A DNA stretch of 64,000 nt, taken from positions 1,568,001 to 1,632,000 of the forward strand of contig CAXXGO010000006.1 of the NCBI GenBank assembly GCA_963666835.2, written 5' to 3'. Positions 8,532 to 17,849 of the stretch are shown here, piece by piece (position 1 is the stretch's first letter; each line of letters begins with the position of its first letter). The notes beneath the pieces were generated by a model, which worked only from the letters and a program-made list of their open reading frames with translations, ran no database searches and was not told the DNA's origin. The position numbers were made by a program, and so were the translations under genes. This DNA comes from Phycisphaerae bacterium. Its GTDB lineage: Bacteria; Planctomycetota; Phycisphaerae; UBA1845.

Positions 8532-8903
8532 ATGCCCAAAGGCAAAGCCAAGACGAAGACTCGCCGCCGCTGTAAGGCCGCTCACGGCTCTCAAAAGGAC
8601 CGACCCGACCCCCAGTACCCCCAAAACGCGGATACGTCGATTCCGGGCCGCAAGGACGCTTCCCGCGAGACCCGCGAGACCCGCGAGACCCGCGAGACCC
8701 GCGAGACCCACGGGCCCCAACGGCCGCCCGTTCGCGTGCCCCGCGGTGTGCCTCACCTGCGCCAGGTGCTGGGCCTTCCGGGCGAATCTTCCGTTGAGGA
8801 ACTCTGCGAAACCTCCGCCTCGGAACTGGAACACTTACGGTCGGAATTAGCACACCGCAAGAACCGCACCGCGCTACTCCACCGCCTCCGCCACGGGTTC
8901 TGA
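8532..8903 (+). CDS. Small basic protein with RET repeats
   Basis: MPKGKAKTKTRRR...(RET)5...LRQVLGLPGESSVEEL. Starts 19 nt after the previous stop. Confidence 0.5.
   Translation: MPKGKAKTKTRRRCKAAHGSQKDRPDPQYPQNADTSIPGRKDASRETRETRETRETRETHGPQRPPVRVPRGVPHLRQVLGLPGESSVEELCETSASELEHLRSELAHRKNRTALLHRLRHGF
8662..8706 (+). repeat. Tandem repeat CCCGCGAGA x5
   Basis: Five exact 9-mers. A further isolated copy lies at 8499-8507. Confidence 0.95.
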
Positions 8904-9038
8904 AGATGGTCCAAACCCCAATCGAACCCGCTTCGACTCCCCCCCGAACACCCCCCAAACCCCGCCCACCGCTCCCCACCCCCAGCGCCCGCCTCCGGAC
9001 GGTGAACCTTGCCGATTCTCTTGCCGATTGCCGATTCC

Positions 9039-9368
9039 TCAGGTTCTGCGCTCGTGACGTAAGTCGTTTTCCGGCTCCCGGAAACCCGCTCGCCGCCGCC
9101 TCTCCGCTCCCGCGCCGAGCCCCCCGAAAAACCGCCCTCACACCCCCGAAACTTGCGCTTGCCCTTGCGCATTGCGCTTTCTTCAGGTTCTGCGCCCGCG
9201 ACGTAAGCCCCAGAATTCACAACGACTTACGAGTAAACGCAACGAGCGCAGAACCACTCTTATCCGCCCCCAACATCCTGCGCAGCGCAGAACTTGAAAT
9301 TCGCAAAAATCGCTCTAAGTCCTGACGCGACAAGTGTTTAGGAGCAAAGGCAACCTGCGCAGAACCTG
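9039..9368. repeat. Cluster of direct and inverted GTTCTGCGC-containing repeats
   Basis: 27-bp direct copies at 9039-9065 and 9183-9209 (3 mismatches). Inverted copies at about 9221-9255, 9286-9294 and 9357-9368. Confidence 0.85.
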
Positions 9369-9648
9369 GGTCTTACTCAGAGTCTTACAGGATCGGGGGC
9401 GAGAAACACGAGGCCGGGAACGAGGCGACCCCAACATGTCGCCATTCTGGGCTGCAGCGCGGGCTTCATCTGGTGTTCGCGCGGGCTTGGGACCTGCGGA
9501 TTAGGGTTGCGTTGTACGCCGTAAGGTCGTATAAAATCGCCTATCTGGGTATGATAGGGCGGACGAGGGCTTCAGGGCAGCCTCGTTTGATCCGATGCTC
9601 TAGTAAGGTAAACATGTCCTCTTACTTAGCTTCTGGGAGGTATCGGTC

Positions 9649-10725
9649 GTGGCAACATGTATGGCGCCTGAATCAGAATGTGATGTTATCGGTCTTCTCG
9701 GTGATCGGGGTTCGTCCCTCCTGGAACACAGGTGCGGCACGATTGATAAGTCTGCGCTAACGCTTCCCGGGCCGGATTTCGTGGATCGGGTGTTTGCCCT
9801 GACGGATCGGCCGATTCCCGTACTGCGAAACATGCAGGCCATCCTCAATACCGGGCGGCTGGCCGGGACTGGCTACATGTCAATCCTGCCGGTGGACCAG
9901 GGGATCGAACACACGGCCGGGGCCTCGTTTGCTCCGAACCCGATCTACTTCGACCCCGAGAACATCGTCAAGCTGGCCATCGAGGGCGGCTGCAACGCGG
10001 TCGCCTCGACGCTTGGTGTGCTGGGCAGCGTGGCCCGCAAGTATGCTCACAAGATCCCGTTCCTGCTCAAGATTAACCACAACGAGCTGCTGACCTACCC
10101 GAACACGTTCGATCAGATCATGTTCGCCGACGTTCGGCAGGCGGCCGACATGGGTTGTGCGGCCGTGGGAGCGACGATCTACTTCGGCTCGGAGGAGTCG
10201 AATCGGCAGATCCAGGAAGTCGCCGAGGCGTTCCATCTTGCGCATGAGCTGGGCATGGTAACGGTCCTGTGGTGTTATTTGAGGAACAGCGCGTTCAAGA
10301 AGGACGGCACCGATTATCACGTGGCCTCCGACCTTACGAACCAAGCCAACCACCTGGGGGTGACGATCGAGGCGGACATCATTAAGCAGAAGCAGCCGGA
10401 ATGCAACGGTGGCTTTACGGCGATCAACTTCGCGAAGACTAACAAGCTTGTTTACGACAAACTAACGACGGATAACCCCATTGACCTGACCCGCTACCAA
10501 CTGGCCGGGTGCTACATGGGGCGCATGGGCCTGATCAACTCGGGAGGTGCTTCTGGCGACAATGACTTCGGCGATGCGGTTGCGACTGCGGTCATCAACA
10601 AGCGTGCCGGCGGCATGGGGTTGATCTCGGGCCGCAAGGCGTTCCAGCGTCCGATGGCAGAGGGGGCGAAGCTGCTCAACCTTATACAGGATGTGTACTT
10701 AGATAAGTCCATCACGGTCGCCTAG
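9649..10725 (+). CDS. fbaB: Class I fructose-bisphosphate aldolase (DhnA type)
   Basis: [29 protein letters not shown] and ADIIKQK (Schiff-base Lys). RBS GGGAGG before the GTG. Confidence 0.95.
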   Translation: MATCMAPESECDVIGLLGDRGSSLLEHRCGTIDKSALTLPGPDFVDRVFALTDRPIPVLRNMQAILNTGRLAGTGYMSILPVDQGIEHTAGASFAPNPIYFDPENIVKLAIEGGCNAVASTLGVLGSVARKYAHKIPFLLKINHNELLTYPNTFDQIMFADVRQAADMGCAAVGATIYFGSEESNRQIQEVAEAFHLAHELGMVTVLWCYLRNSAFKKDGTDYHVASDLTNQANHLGVTIEADIIKQKQPECNGGFTAINFAKTNKLVYDKLTTDNPIDLTRYQLAGCYMGRMGLINSGGASGDNDFGDAVATAVINKRAGGMGLISGRKAFQRPMAEGAKLLNLIQDVYLDKSITVA

Positions 10726-10855
10726 TTCGATCTTGCAGATGCCCCATGAACCCTGGGGCGGGCGGATTGGGTCAGCAGATTGCCTGCAGCAGTCCTTCGT
10801 CGTGTAGCGAACCAGGTGTTTGGTTACCGCGAAAGTAGGGCTAGCGGATAACACT

Positions 10856-10892
10856 CAAGGGGCCGGCGTTAGCGCGTCGGCCCCTTGTCTTT
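10856..10892 (+). terminator. GC-rich hairpin, probable intrinsic terminator
   Basis: CAAGGGGCCGGCG...CGTCGGCCCCTTG followed by TCTTT. Confidence 0.55.
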
Positions 10893-11256
10893 GGCTTTTC
10901 AGCGTCACCCGGTCGGACCGAATCGTTAACGTATGTTCTGGTAGCGAGTTAGGCGCGGGAATGGCCGGGGGCCTGCTTGGGGTGTTTCGTCGAGGGGAGG
11001 TTATACTCGCAGGGAATTACGGACCGGAGCACTGTGGATTGAATATCCCCTCATTCCCAAAAGCGGGATTCCGGAGGGTTTCCGCTGGGAGGAGGGTGTC
11101 CCGTTATTTCGGACAGTCCGGCTCGGGCTTCGACCGCACAGAGGGTTCGAGGCATCAAGTGAGGAAACGCTCGTCGTGTAAGAATGGATAGTATACCCTA
11201 TTCCTCCCCCCGAGTCTGTGGGGTATATTGATAGAGGTTAGGTTTTCCCAACCAGT

Positions 11257-11312
11257 AGCCCAAAGCGTGCTCCTCTCTCCGGCCCGAACACTCTACGCTT
11301 TGGGCTCTTTTT
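11257..11312 (+). terminator. 12-bp perfect stem plus U-tract in a gene-free region
   Basis: AGCCCAAAGCGT (11257-11268) pairs with ACGCTTTGGGCT (11295-11306), then CTTTTT. Confidence 0.6.
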
Positions 11313-11817
11313 CTGCGCACTCCGTGATAAGGGGCGACTTTGCGAGTGGGCAACTTTGGCAACGCCTTCTACTTGGTCCCACTCGTGATACTGGTTGGTC
11401 ACTTGATGCCGCCGGTTTCTTCCGCCAAAGCGGTGCCTGCTTGACTGCCTGGAGGCGTTGTCGCTGACCGGATCCGGCGCGGACTATTCAAGACGTTCGC
11501 GCAGATGCGCGTAACTTACGGTAGCGCAATCCCTTGTGGGTGGCTTCACAGTAACACAGCTCGGTTCCACGCCGGGGCCAAGCTCCGGCGCTGCATCGAT
11601 TTACGGGGTGCGGTTGTGCGATGCGGAATGCTCGGGTTCTGGTTTCGTTCAGTGCGCGGAGACGGGCAGTTTGCACAACATTGTTGGAGGGTGGTAGGCG
11701 TGTTGAAGATGGCGTGGGGCGGAGTATAATTCCGCGTCTGAAATGCCTCGCCCGTCGGGCAGGAGGCCCGTTTTCAGCCCTGGTCGAAGTTGAGGATACG
11801 GAAAAGGAGCGTTTGTA

Positions 11818-12288
11818 ATGGCTAGTGCCAATGAGGAGTTCTCCACCACTATCGGACAAGACGCGGTCTTCAAGGGGGAGCTTCGTTTTGAGAAAGGTCT
11901 GCAGTTGTTGGGCAGGATTGAGGGTGAGGTGACCAGCGACGGCAGCCTCGTGATCGGCGAGGGCGCCAAGCTCGTCGGTGATGCCAAGGCGGGAACAATA
12001 AGGCTTGATGGGGACGTTAAGGGCAATCTCAATGCCAATACGAAGGTGCAACTCTCAGCCAGCGCGCGGCTTGAAGGTGACTTGCAGACGGCACGGCTGG
12101 AAGTAGCCGAGGGGGCGGTATTGGTGGGAAGGTGTGCCATTGGTGTGAACGGTGCGTCGTCTTCGACGGCCTCGTCCGCCTCGGCGCCTAAGACGACGCC
12201 GTCTACGTCTACGTCAACTACGTCAACGTCGACGCCGGCACCCACACCGCCGGCGAAGGGCAAGGCGGACGAAGGTCGTCGGCGCTAG
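11818..12288 (+). CDS. Bactofilin (polymer-forming cytoskeletal protein)
   Basis: TTIGQDAVFKGELRF...GRIEGEV...LVIGEGA...LEVAEGAVLVG beta-helix pattern, with a Ser/Thr/Pro-rich tail. Confidence 0.9.
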   Translation: MASANEEFSTTIGQDAVFKGELRFEKGLQLLGRIEGEVTSDGSLVIGEGAKLVGDAKAGTIRLDGDVKGNLNANTKVQLSASARLEGDLQTARLEVAEGAVLVGRCAIGVNGASSSTASSASAPKTTPSTSTSTTSTSTPAPTPPAKGKADEGRRR

Positions 12289-12521
12289 CGGTCTTTCGAA
12301 AGAGGGTTCAGGCACCTTGTCGAGGGTGCTTCCCGAGACCGTGAGCCGGTAACAACTCGGCACCAGTCCCCTCGCTTAGCGAGTTGCCGGGTCTCGGCGT
12401 GATGGTCGGGTGGCCAGCGGCGGGGGCCGCGGCGGGAACTCGGGGCGAGCCCGGACAGGCGCTTGTTCGTGATTCCTCGTGGCCGTCTGTGGTTGGCAGA
12501 TCGGCCTGCGGCGCGGGATCA

Positions 12522-12950
12522 ATGCCAAGAAAGCCGTTGATTACGACGAAACGTCCCACGGAAGTGCGGACGGTGATATGCACGCATTGCGGCGGCGTGT
12601 CCGAAGCGTCGGTGCGGGCCATGTCCATCGCCTGCCCGCACTGCCACAAGCGTGTCATATTGGAAAACTACAAAATCCGCAGCTATCACGCGGTTATCGA
12701 GTTCTCCACGTGTGGAGATATTGTGGTGGAAAGGAAGGGAATCGTCGTGGCCCCCATTAAGGTCGCCAACCTGACCGTCAAGGGAAAAGTGCAGGGGCCT
12801 GTAACCGCTCGCGGGCATGTCACGATTAGTAAGACCGGGCAGCTCAAAGGTGATGTCGAGGCCCCGGCCCTTTTCATTGAAGACGGCGGATCGCTCAACG
12901 GGTTCCTGCGTATCGGTCCGGCGGAGAGTATCGCGCGGCAAGGGGAATAG
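12522..12950 (+). CDS. Bactofilin with N-terminal zinc ribbon
   Basis: CTHC...CPHC followed by VKGKVQGPV...GQLKGDVEAPALFIEDGGSLNG. Confidence 0.8.
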   Translation: MPRKPLITTKRPTEVRTVICTHCGGVSEASVRAMSIACPHCHKRVILENYKIRSYHAVIEFSTCGDIVVERKGIVVAPIKVANLTVKGKVQGPVTARGHVTISKTGQLKGDVEAPALFIEDGGSLNGFLRIGPAESIARQGE

Positions 12951-13037
12951 AGCACGGCGGGTTTGCCCCCGTGGTTCGATGCCGCTACGATCGTCCACTG
13001 GTTTCTTGATCTCGGCGTTGGTGGATGATTCCGAACC

Positions 13038-13949
13038 ATGGGAAGGCATTACGGCATATTCGATTCCTTCACGAGCGAGCGCTACGCGGGAAACCCGGCG
13101 GCGGTGGTGTACGATACGGAAGGTCTCGAAGAGGCCGAAATGCAGGCGATCGCCGCTGAGTTCAACCTGAGCGAAACGACGTTTGTCTTGCCGCCGCAGA
13201 ATCCCGGATCCACCGTGCGCTTTCGCTGGTTTACTCCCACCACGGAAGTGAGCATGTGCGGGCATGCTACGGTTGCCGGTGTTGTCGGTCTGGTGGGGTC
13301 GGGTCGTTGGAACCGCGCGGATGTCGCTGCCGCTCCGCCGATTATCGACACCCTGTCGGGCCCGTTAACGGCCTTTGTAGAAGGCGTTCCGGGCAAGCCT
13401 GACGACCTGATGATCTGGCTGGATATGCCCAAACCGCAGTTTGTCGAGCAGTCCATCGATCGGGAGAAGCTGGCGGACATGCTGGACCTGCCTTTAGACG
13501 CAATCGATCCGTCGGTGCCGATCGTGAGGACGCAGGACCAAGACCTGATTGTGCTGGTGAAGGATTTCATTGCTCTTAATGACGCCAAACCCGATTTCGG
13601 CCGGCTTGCCCGATGGCAGACCGGGGAAGGGATGCGCGGGCTCTCTCTGGCTACCGCCACGACGTTGTCATCGCTGATTAACCTCCAATCCCGCTTCTTC
13701 GCCCCGGCCGCCGGGATCAACGAGGACCCGGTGACCGGTAGTGTTCACGGACCCCTGGCGGTGTATGCCGTTATGCACGGCTTGGTGCCGGTCGAAGATG
13801 ATCTGGCCGGTTTGCAGTGTATCCAATCCAAGGCGGGAGGGCGCGCGGGGGTGGTTTATGCTCTGGTCCAACGCCAGGGAGATGGCAGTCACGAAGTACG
13901 CATCGGCGGCCAGGCGGTTGAAGTGATGTCCGGTACGCTGGTGTCGTAG
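13038..13949 (+). CDS. PhzF/DAP-epimerase-like family isomerase
   Basis: GNPAAVV, NLSETTF, RWFTPTTEVSMCGHAT and EDPVTGS. Confidence 0.9.
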   Translation: MGRHYGIFDSFTSERYAGNPAAVVYDTEGLEEAEMQAIAAEFNLSETTFVLPPQNPGSTVRFRWFTPTTEVSMCGHATVAGVVGLVGSGRWNRADVAAAPPIIDTLSGPLTAFVEGVPGKPDDLMIWLDMPKPQFVEQSIDREKLADMLDLPLDAIDPSVPIVRTQDQDLIVLVKDFIALNDAKPDFGRLARWQTGEGMRGLSLATATTLSSLINLQSRFFAPAAGINEDPVTGSVHGPLAVYAVMHGLVPVEDDLAGLQCIQSKAGGRAGVVYALVQRQGDGSHEVRIGGQAVEVMSGTLVS

Positions 13950-14008
13950 AAGGCGGTCGAGTGCTTCGCGCGCCGGCAGCCGGTGCTAACCCCCAGGTCG
14001 AGCTGACG

Positions 14009-14932
14009 ATGGCGCGGCGAGTCACAGCGATAGTCAATCCGGTTTCCGGTCGCCGCGAGATGCTCTCGGTCGTTCGGCGTATCGGGCAACTCGTTACCCG
14101 TGGCGGCGGGCGATTCGATACTCTCCAAACAGAGACGGCCGGGCACGCCGCGGTTCTGGCCGCGCAGCTACGTTCCGAGGTCGACGCGGTACTGGTCGTG
14201 GGAGGCGACGGAACGGTGGGGGAGGTCATCAACGGCCTGGCCGGACGGGCCATCCCGCTGGCGATCTTGCGGACCGGGACGGAGAACTTGTTGGCCCGCG
14301 AGCTGGGCATGCCGACGGACTCGGCGGGACTCGCCCGGTTGCTGCTTGAGGGAGAGACTCGCGCTTGTGATGTCGGGGTCGCTAACGGGAAGTCGTTTGC
14401 GGCGATGGTTGGGGTCGGGCTGGATGCCGAGTGTGTCTTGCGGATGACCGAGACTCGTTGCGGGCACATCGGTCGCACGGATTACTTCTGGCCGATCTGG
14501 CGCACATTTTGGACCCATCGATTCCCCCCGTTGGCGATTGAGGCTGACGGGGCGACAGTGTTTGAAGGGCGGGGCCTGGCGTTCGTCGGAAACATAAGCC
14601 GCTATGGGGGAGGCGTGCGGATCCTGCGGGATGCTCGGATCGACGACGGGTGGCTCGATTTGTGCGTGTTGCCCTGCTCGTCGCGCATTGTGTTGATCCC
14701 TCATCTTATCCGCGTGTACCTGCGGCGGCATGTATCGGCCGGCGGGACGATCTATCAGAAGTGCCGCCGCGTTCGGATAAGCTCGCCGGTTTGCGTACCG
14801 GTACAGGTGGACGGGGACGTGGGTGGGTTCCTCCCGGTGGAGTGCTCGGTGGCCGCGAAGCGGGTGCAGTTCCTTCGTCTTGCGTGCTCCGGGGATCTCG
14901 CGGATCATCGGGCGATCGGGTCCGCCGATTGA
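14009..14932 (+). CDS. Diacylglycerol kinase family lipid kinase (YegS/BmrU-like)
   Basis: IVNPVSG, VGGDGTVGEVING, GTENLLA and QVDGD. Confidence 0.9.
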   Translation: MARRVTAIVNPVSGRREMLSVVRRIGQLVTRGGGRFDTLQTETAGHAAVLAAQLRSEVDAVLVVGGDGTVGEVINGLAGRAIPLAILRTGTENLLARELGMPTDSAGLARLLLEGETRACDVGVANGKSFAAMVGVGLDAECVLRMTETRCGHIGRTDYFWPIWRTFWTHRFPPLAIEADGATVFEGRGLAFVGNISRYGGGVRILRDARIDDGWLDLCVLPCSSRIVLIPHLIRVYLRRHVSAGGTIYQKCRRVRISSPVCVPVQVDGDVGGFLPVECSVAAKRVQFLRLACSGDLADHRAIGSAD

Positions 14933-14996
14933 CGCGACGGATGCTAACCTCTGCTCCGGAGTGGACGCCGGGGCGTCACGACTGGAGATAGCTGAC

Positions 14997-15758
14997 TTGA
15001 CAACCGACCGACACTTTGTTTCCCGAGTATGGGTCGCCGAGGGGTGCATCGGTTGCGATGTGTGTACGACGCTCTGCTTCGATGTCTTCGTAATGGTCGA
15101 GGGGACGGCGCGGATTCGGGCGATTGCCCAGGATCCGACCTTCACGGCCTCACGCTCGGCGGAGATCTTCGAGGCGGCCGAAAAATGCCCGGCGGACGTA
15201 ATCAAGTTCGACACGGTCAAGGCTTCCCCCGGCGCGGCTGAGGAAGAGGCTACGGCGCTCCCGCGGCGCAGTTTCGTAAGCGGCACGGCTTTGACGGTTG
15301 GTTGGGTAATACTGGGCGGCGGGCTCGGCGTGGTTATGGCGCCCGCCGTAGGGCGGTATCTGGTGCCGAATGTCGTTGAAGAGCCGGACCCGCGCGTGCG
15401 GGTCGGTCGCCTGCAGCGTTATGCGGACATGGTGCCGGGAGACGTCGACGAGGAGTTCAAACCTTCCGGCGTGTGGATCATCCGAGAGAAAGGGCGTATC
15501 GCCGCCCTTAGCACCATCTGCACGCATCTGGGCTGCGTGCCGAATTGGAGCCCGAGAGATCGAGTGTTTAAGTGCCCTTGTCATGGCAGTGGGTATCGCG
15601 CAGACGGCGTCAACTTCGAGGGCCCGGCTCCGCGCCCTTTAGAGCGTTTCCGTCTGTTCATCGAGAACGGGACGGTGGTAGTGGACAAGAGCAAGGTGTA
15701 CCGTGGGGAACTCGGGCAATGGGATCTGCCGGGGAGCTATATTCCGGTGGAGAGTTGA
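14997..15758 (+). CDS. Ferredoxin-Rieske [2Fe-2S] fusion subunit of a cytochrome bc/b6f-type complex
   Basis: TTG start with GGAGA RBS. CIGCDVC...CP ferredoxin domain, internal RRSF Tat-like motif plus TM helix, then CTHLGC and CPCHGS Rieske boxes. Confidence 0.85.
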   Translation: MTTDRHFVSRVWVAEGCIGCDVCTTLCFDVFVMVEGTARIRAIAQDPTFTASRSAEIFEAAEKCPADVIKFDTVKASPGAAEEEATALPRRSFVSGTALTVGWVILGGGLGVVMAPAVGRYLVPNVVEEPDPRVRVGRLQRYADMVPGDVDEEFKPSGVWIIREKGRIAALSTICTHLGCVPNWSPRDRVFKCPCHGSGYRADGVNFEGPAPRPLERFRLFIENGTVVVDKSKVYRGELGQWDLPGSYIPVES

Positions 15759-15811
15759 CGGCGAGATGCCGGGTGCTGTGCGGCTTCTGCCAATGAGGTG
15801 ACTCCAAACCG

Positions 15812-16591
15812 ATGTTCAGGCGTCTGGGACGATGGTTGCGCACGGGGCAAGTGTGGAAGAGCATCTTTCGCCATCAAGCTCCGCGCGATCGTCGCACTCG
15901 AATGGCCACGATCGTCAGCAACATCTTCCTGCACATCCACCCGGTAGCCGTGCGTAAGGAGGGAATTCGGCCTTCTTTCACGTGGTGCATGGGGGGGCTC
16001 GCTTTCTTTCTCTTTCTGGTGGAGATCGCTACCGGCATACTCTTGATGTTTTACTATCGTCCGACGGTTGAGCATGCCTACGCGGATATTCAAGGCCTGC
16101 GCGCCCACGTGACGTTCGGCCTTCTGCGCGAGGTTCATCGGTGGGCCGGGCACGCGATGGTCATAACGGTTTGGCTGCACATGCTGCGGGTTTTTCTGAC
16201 CGGGAGCTACAAGCCGCCGCGAGAGTTCAACTGGTGCGTCGGGGTCATGCTGCTGGTCATGACCATGCTTCTGTCGTTCACCGGTTATCTTCTTCCGTGG
16301 GACCAGCTTGCCATGTGGGCGGTTACCGTCGGATCCAATATGGCGTCGGCGGCGCCACTGGTGGGAGCCGAAGGGCCGCTCTCGGGCATGGTGCAGGTCG
16401 GAGGCGAGCCGGTGGTACACTCCGGGGACGACATAAGGTTCGTGCTGTTGGGAGGAAGCTCGATCGGCCCGAGTACGTTGCTGCGATTCTACGTGTATCA
16501 CTGCGTACTGATTCCGGTGGCTACGGGCGTTCTTGTCGCCGTGCATTTCTGGAGGGTGCGCCGCGACGGAGGAATCAGCGGGCCCCTGTAG
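15812..16591 (+). CDS. Cytochrome b6-like subunit (split cytochrome b, N-terminal part)
   Basis: TWCMGG, HRWAGH...LHMLRVF, REFNW, FTGYLLPWDQ and RFYVYHC...VHF heme ligands. Confidence 0.92.
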   Translation: MFRRLGRWLRTGQVWKSIFRHQAPRDRRTRMATIVSNIFLHIHPVAVRKEGIRPSFTWCMGGLAFFLFLVEIATGILLMFYYRPTVEHAYADIQGLRAHVTFGLLREVHRWAGHAMVITVWLHMLRVFLTGSYKPPREFNWCVGVMLLVMTMLLSFTGYLLPWDQLAMWAVTVGSNMASAAPLVGAEGPLSGMVQVGGEPVVHSGDDIRFVLLGGSSIGPSTLLRFYVYHCVLIPVATGVLVAVHFWRVRRDGGISGPL

Positions 16592-16613
16592 GCTCGTACG
16601 GTACTTGCGCTGA

Positions 16614-17726
16614 ATGACTATGGTTGATGCCAACACATCCCTAGCCGGCTTCGAGGGCGCCAAAGAGGCGGTCGACTGGGCCTGCCGTCCGCCGGTACTC
16701 ATGGCCGCAACTACCGCCGCCCTCGCCCTGCTTCTTGCCGGCTATCGCCGGCTGGCCAAACCGGTGTTGGGCGGGGTGGCGGCGCTTGCGGCAGTAGGGG
16801 CGTTGCTCCTTGGTTTGCAGGATGCGAACTTCCGGAGCATCGTCGCCAAGCCTGACAACGTGGCGATCATCGCGTTGGTCTTTGCGTTGGGCTTCTTTCT
16901 TGGGCGGGCGTTGCGTTCGGCTGCTATGAACGACAGACGTCGCGGGCAGGTCCGGCCGGATTCGCCGGATGGCGATGACGGCCTCGTGTTGACCTGGCCG
17001 GACTTGGTGTACGTGGAACTGATCGCGGTTCTGCTTGCAACGGCCGTTCTTATTGTATGGGCGATTCTGCTGCCGGCGCCGTTGGAGCAGCCGGCCGATC
17101 CGAACTGGGCTCCTAATCCGGCCAAGGCTCCGTGGTACTTCCTGGGGCTGCAGGAGATGTTGGTCTATTTCGATCCGTGGCTGGCCGGCGTGGTGTTCCC
17201 GGGGTTAATCATATTAGGGTTGCTGGCGATTCCGTACATCGACCGTAACCCTCGCGGCAACGGGTATTACACCGTGGCGGAGCGCCCTTTCGCGGTTTCG
17301 ACGTTCCTGTTTGGTTTCGTCGTCCTTGGCGTCCTGTTTATAGTGATCGGGACCTTTCTGCGCGGTCCGAACTGGAGTTTCTACGGTCCGTTTGAGTTCT
17401 GGGATCCTCACCGGCCGGGGGATCTCGCGCAGGTCGAACTTAGCAGCCTTTTCTGGGTTGACGTGATGGGCGGCGAGATTCCGGGCCATTGCCTGGTTCG
17501 GGAGTTGCCTGGGATCGTCTTGCTCGGGCTGTACTTCTTGTCCGGTCCGCTGCTTCTGAGGTTGACGGTCCTGCGGAGGATATACCGAAGTATGGGGTTT
17601 ATCCGTTACAGCATTATGACGTTTCTACTGCTTGCCATGCTGTTGCTGCCGATCAAAATGGTCCTCCGTTGGTCGCTGAACCTGCATTACATTATCGGGC
17701 TCGGCGAATGGTCGATGAACATCTGA
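16614..17726 (+). CDS. Cytochrome b subunit IV-like membrane protein with extra TM helices
   Basis: TWPDL, PLEQPADP, PNPAKAPWYFLGLQE (PEWY-equivalent) and IPYIDRNP. Confidence 0.85.
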   Translation: MTMVDANTSLAGFEGAKEAVDWACRPPVLMAATTAALALLLAGYRRLAKPVLGGVAALAAVGALLLGLQDANFRSIVAKPDNVAIIALVFALGFFLGRALRSAAMNDRRRGQVRPDSPDGDDGLVLTWPDLVYVELIAVLLATAVLIVWAILLPAPLEQPADPNWAPNPAKAPWYFLGLQEMLVYFDPWLAGVVFPGLIILGLLAIPYIDRNPRGNGYYTVAERPFAVSTFLFGFVVLGVLFIVIGTFLRGPNWSFYGPFEFWDPHRPGDLAQVELSSLFWVDVMGGEIPGHCLVRELPGIVLLGLYFLSGPLLLRLTVLRRIYRSMGFIRYSIMTFLLLAMLLLPIKMVLRWSLNLHYIIGLGEWSMNI

Positions 17727-17849
17727 GGATCTGTGGAACCGGTGTTCGTTTGGTCGGGGATGCTCGAAGTCGGTCCCGAGCCCGAGGGGCGATCGGGAGG
17801 CTGCAAGACCGGTGCCGCACGTGAAACGTAGGACGAAGGAGATTCGGAT

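Larger units (their letters stand above)
981..9400. mobile_element. Mu-like prophage remnant or satellite-like island
   Basis: Contains Mu gpI-like protease, gpT-like capsid and tape-measure-like genes plus orphan ORFs. The + strand is visibly C-rich compared with the G/T-rich host DNA after about 9.4 kb. The right end is repeat-rich. Boundaries are approximate. Confidence 0.7.

Noticed and set aside
8373..9325. Several overlapping ORFs across the island end
   Set aside because: Products are low-complexity translations of repeats and C/G tracts.
10730..10860. Possible 6S RNA or riboswitch after fbaB
   Set aside because: Some pairing potential, but no family consensus that I can recognise. 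Needs an Infernal search.
13038..13949. Phenazine biosynthesis cluster
   Set aside because: Lone PhzF-family gene with no other phz genes.
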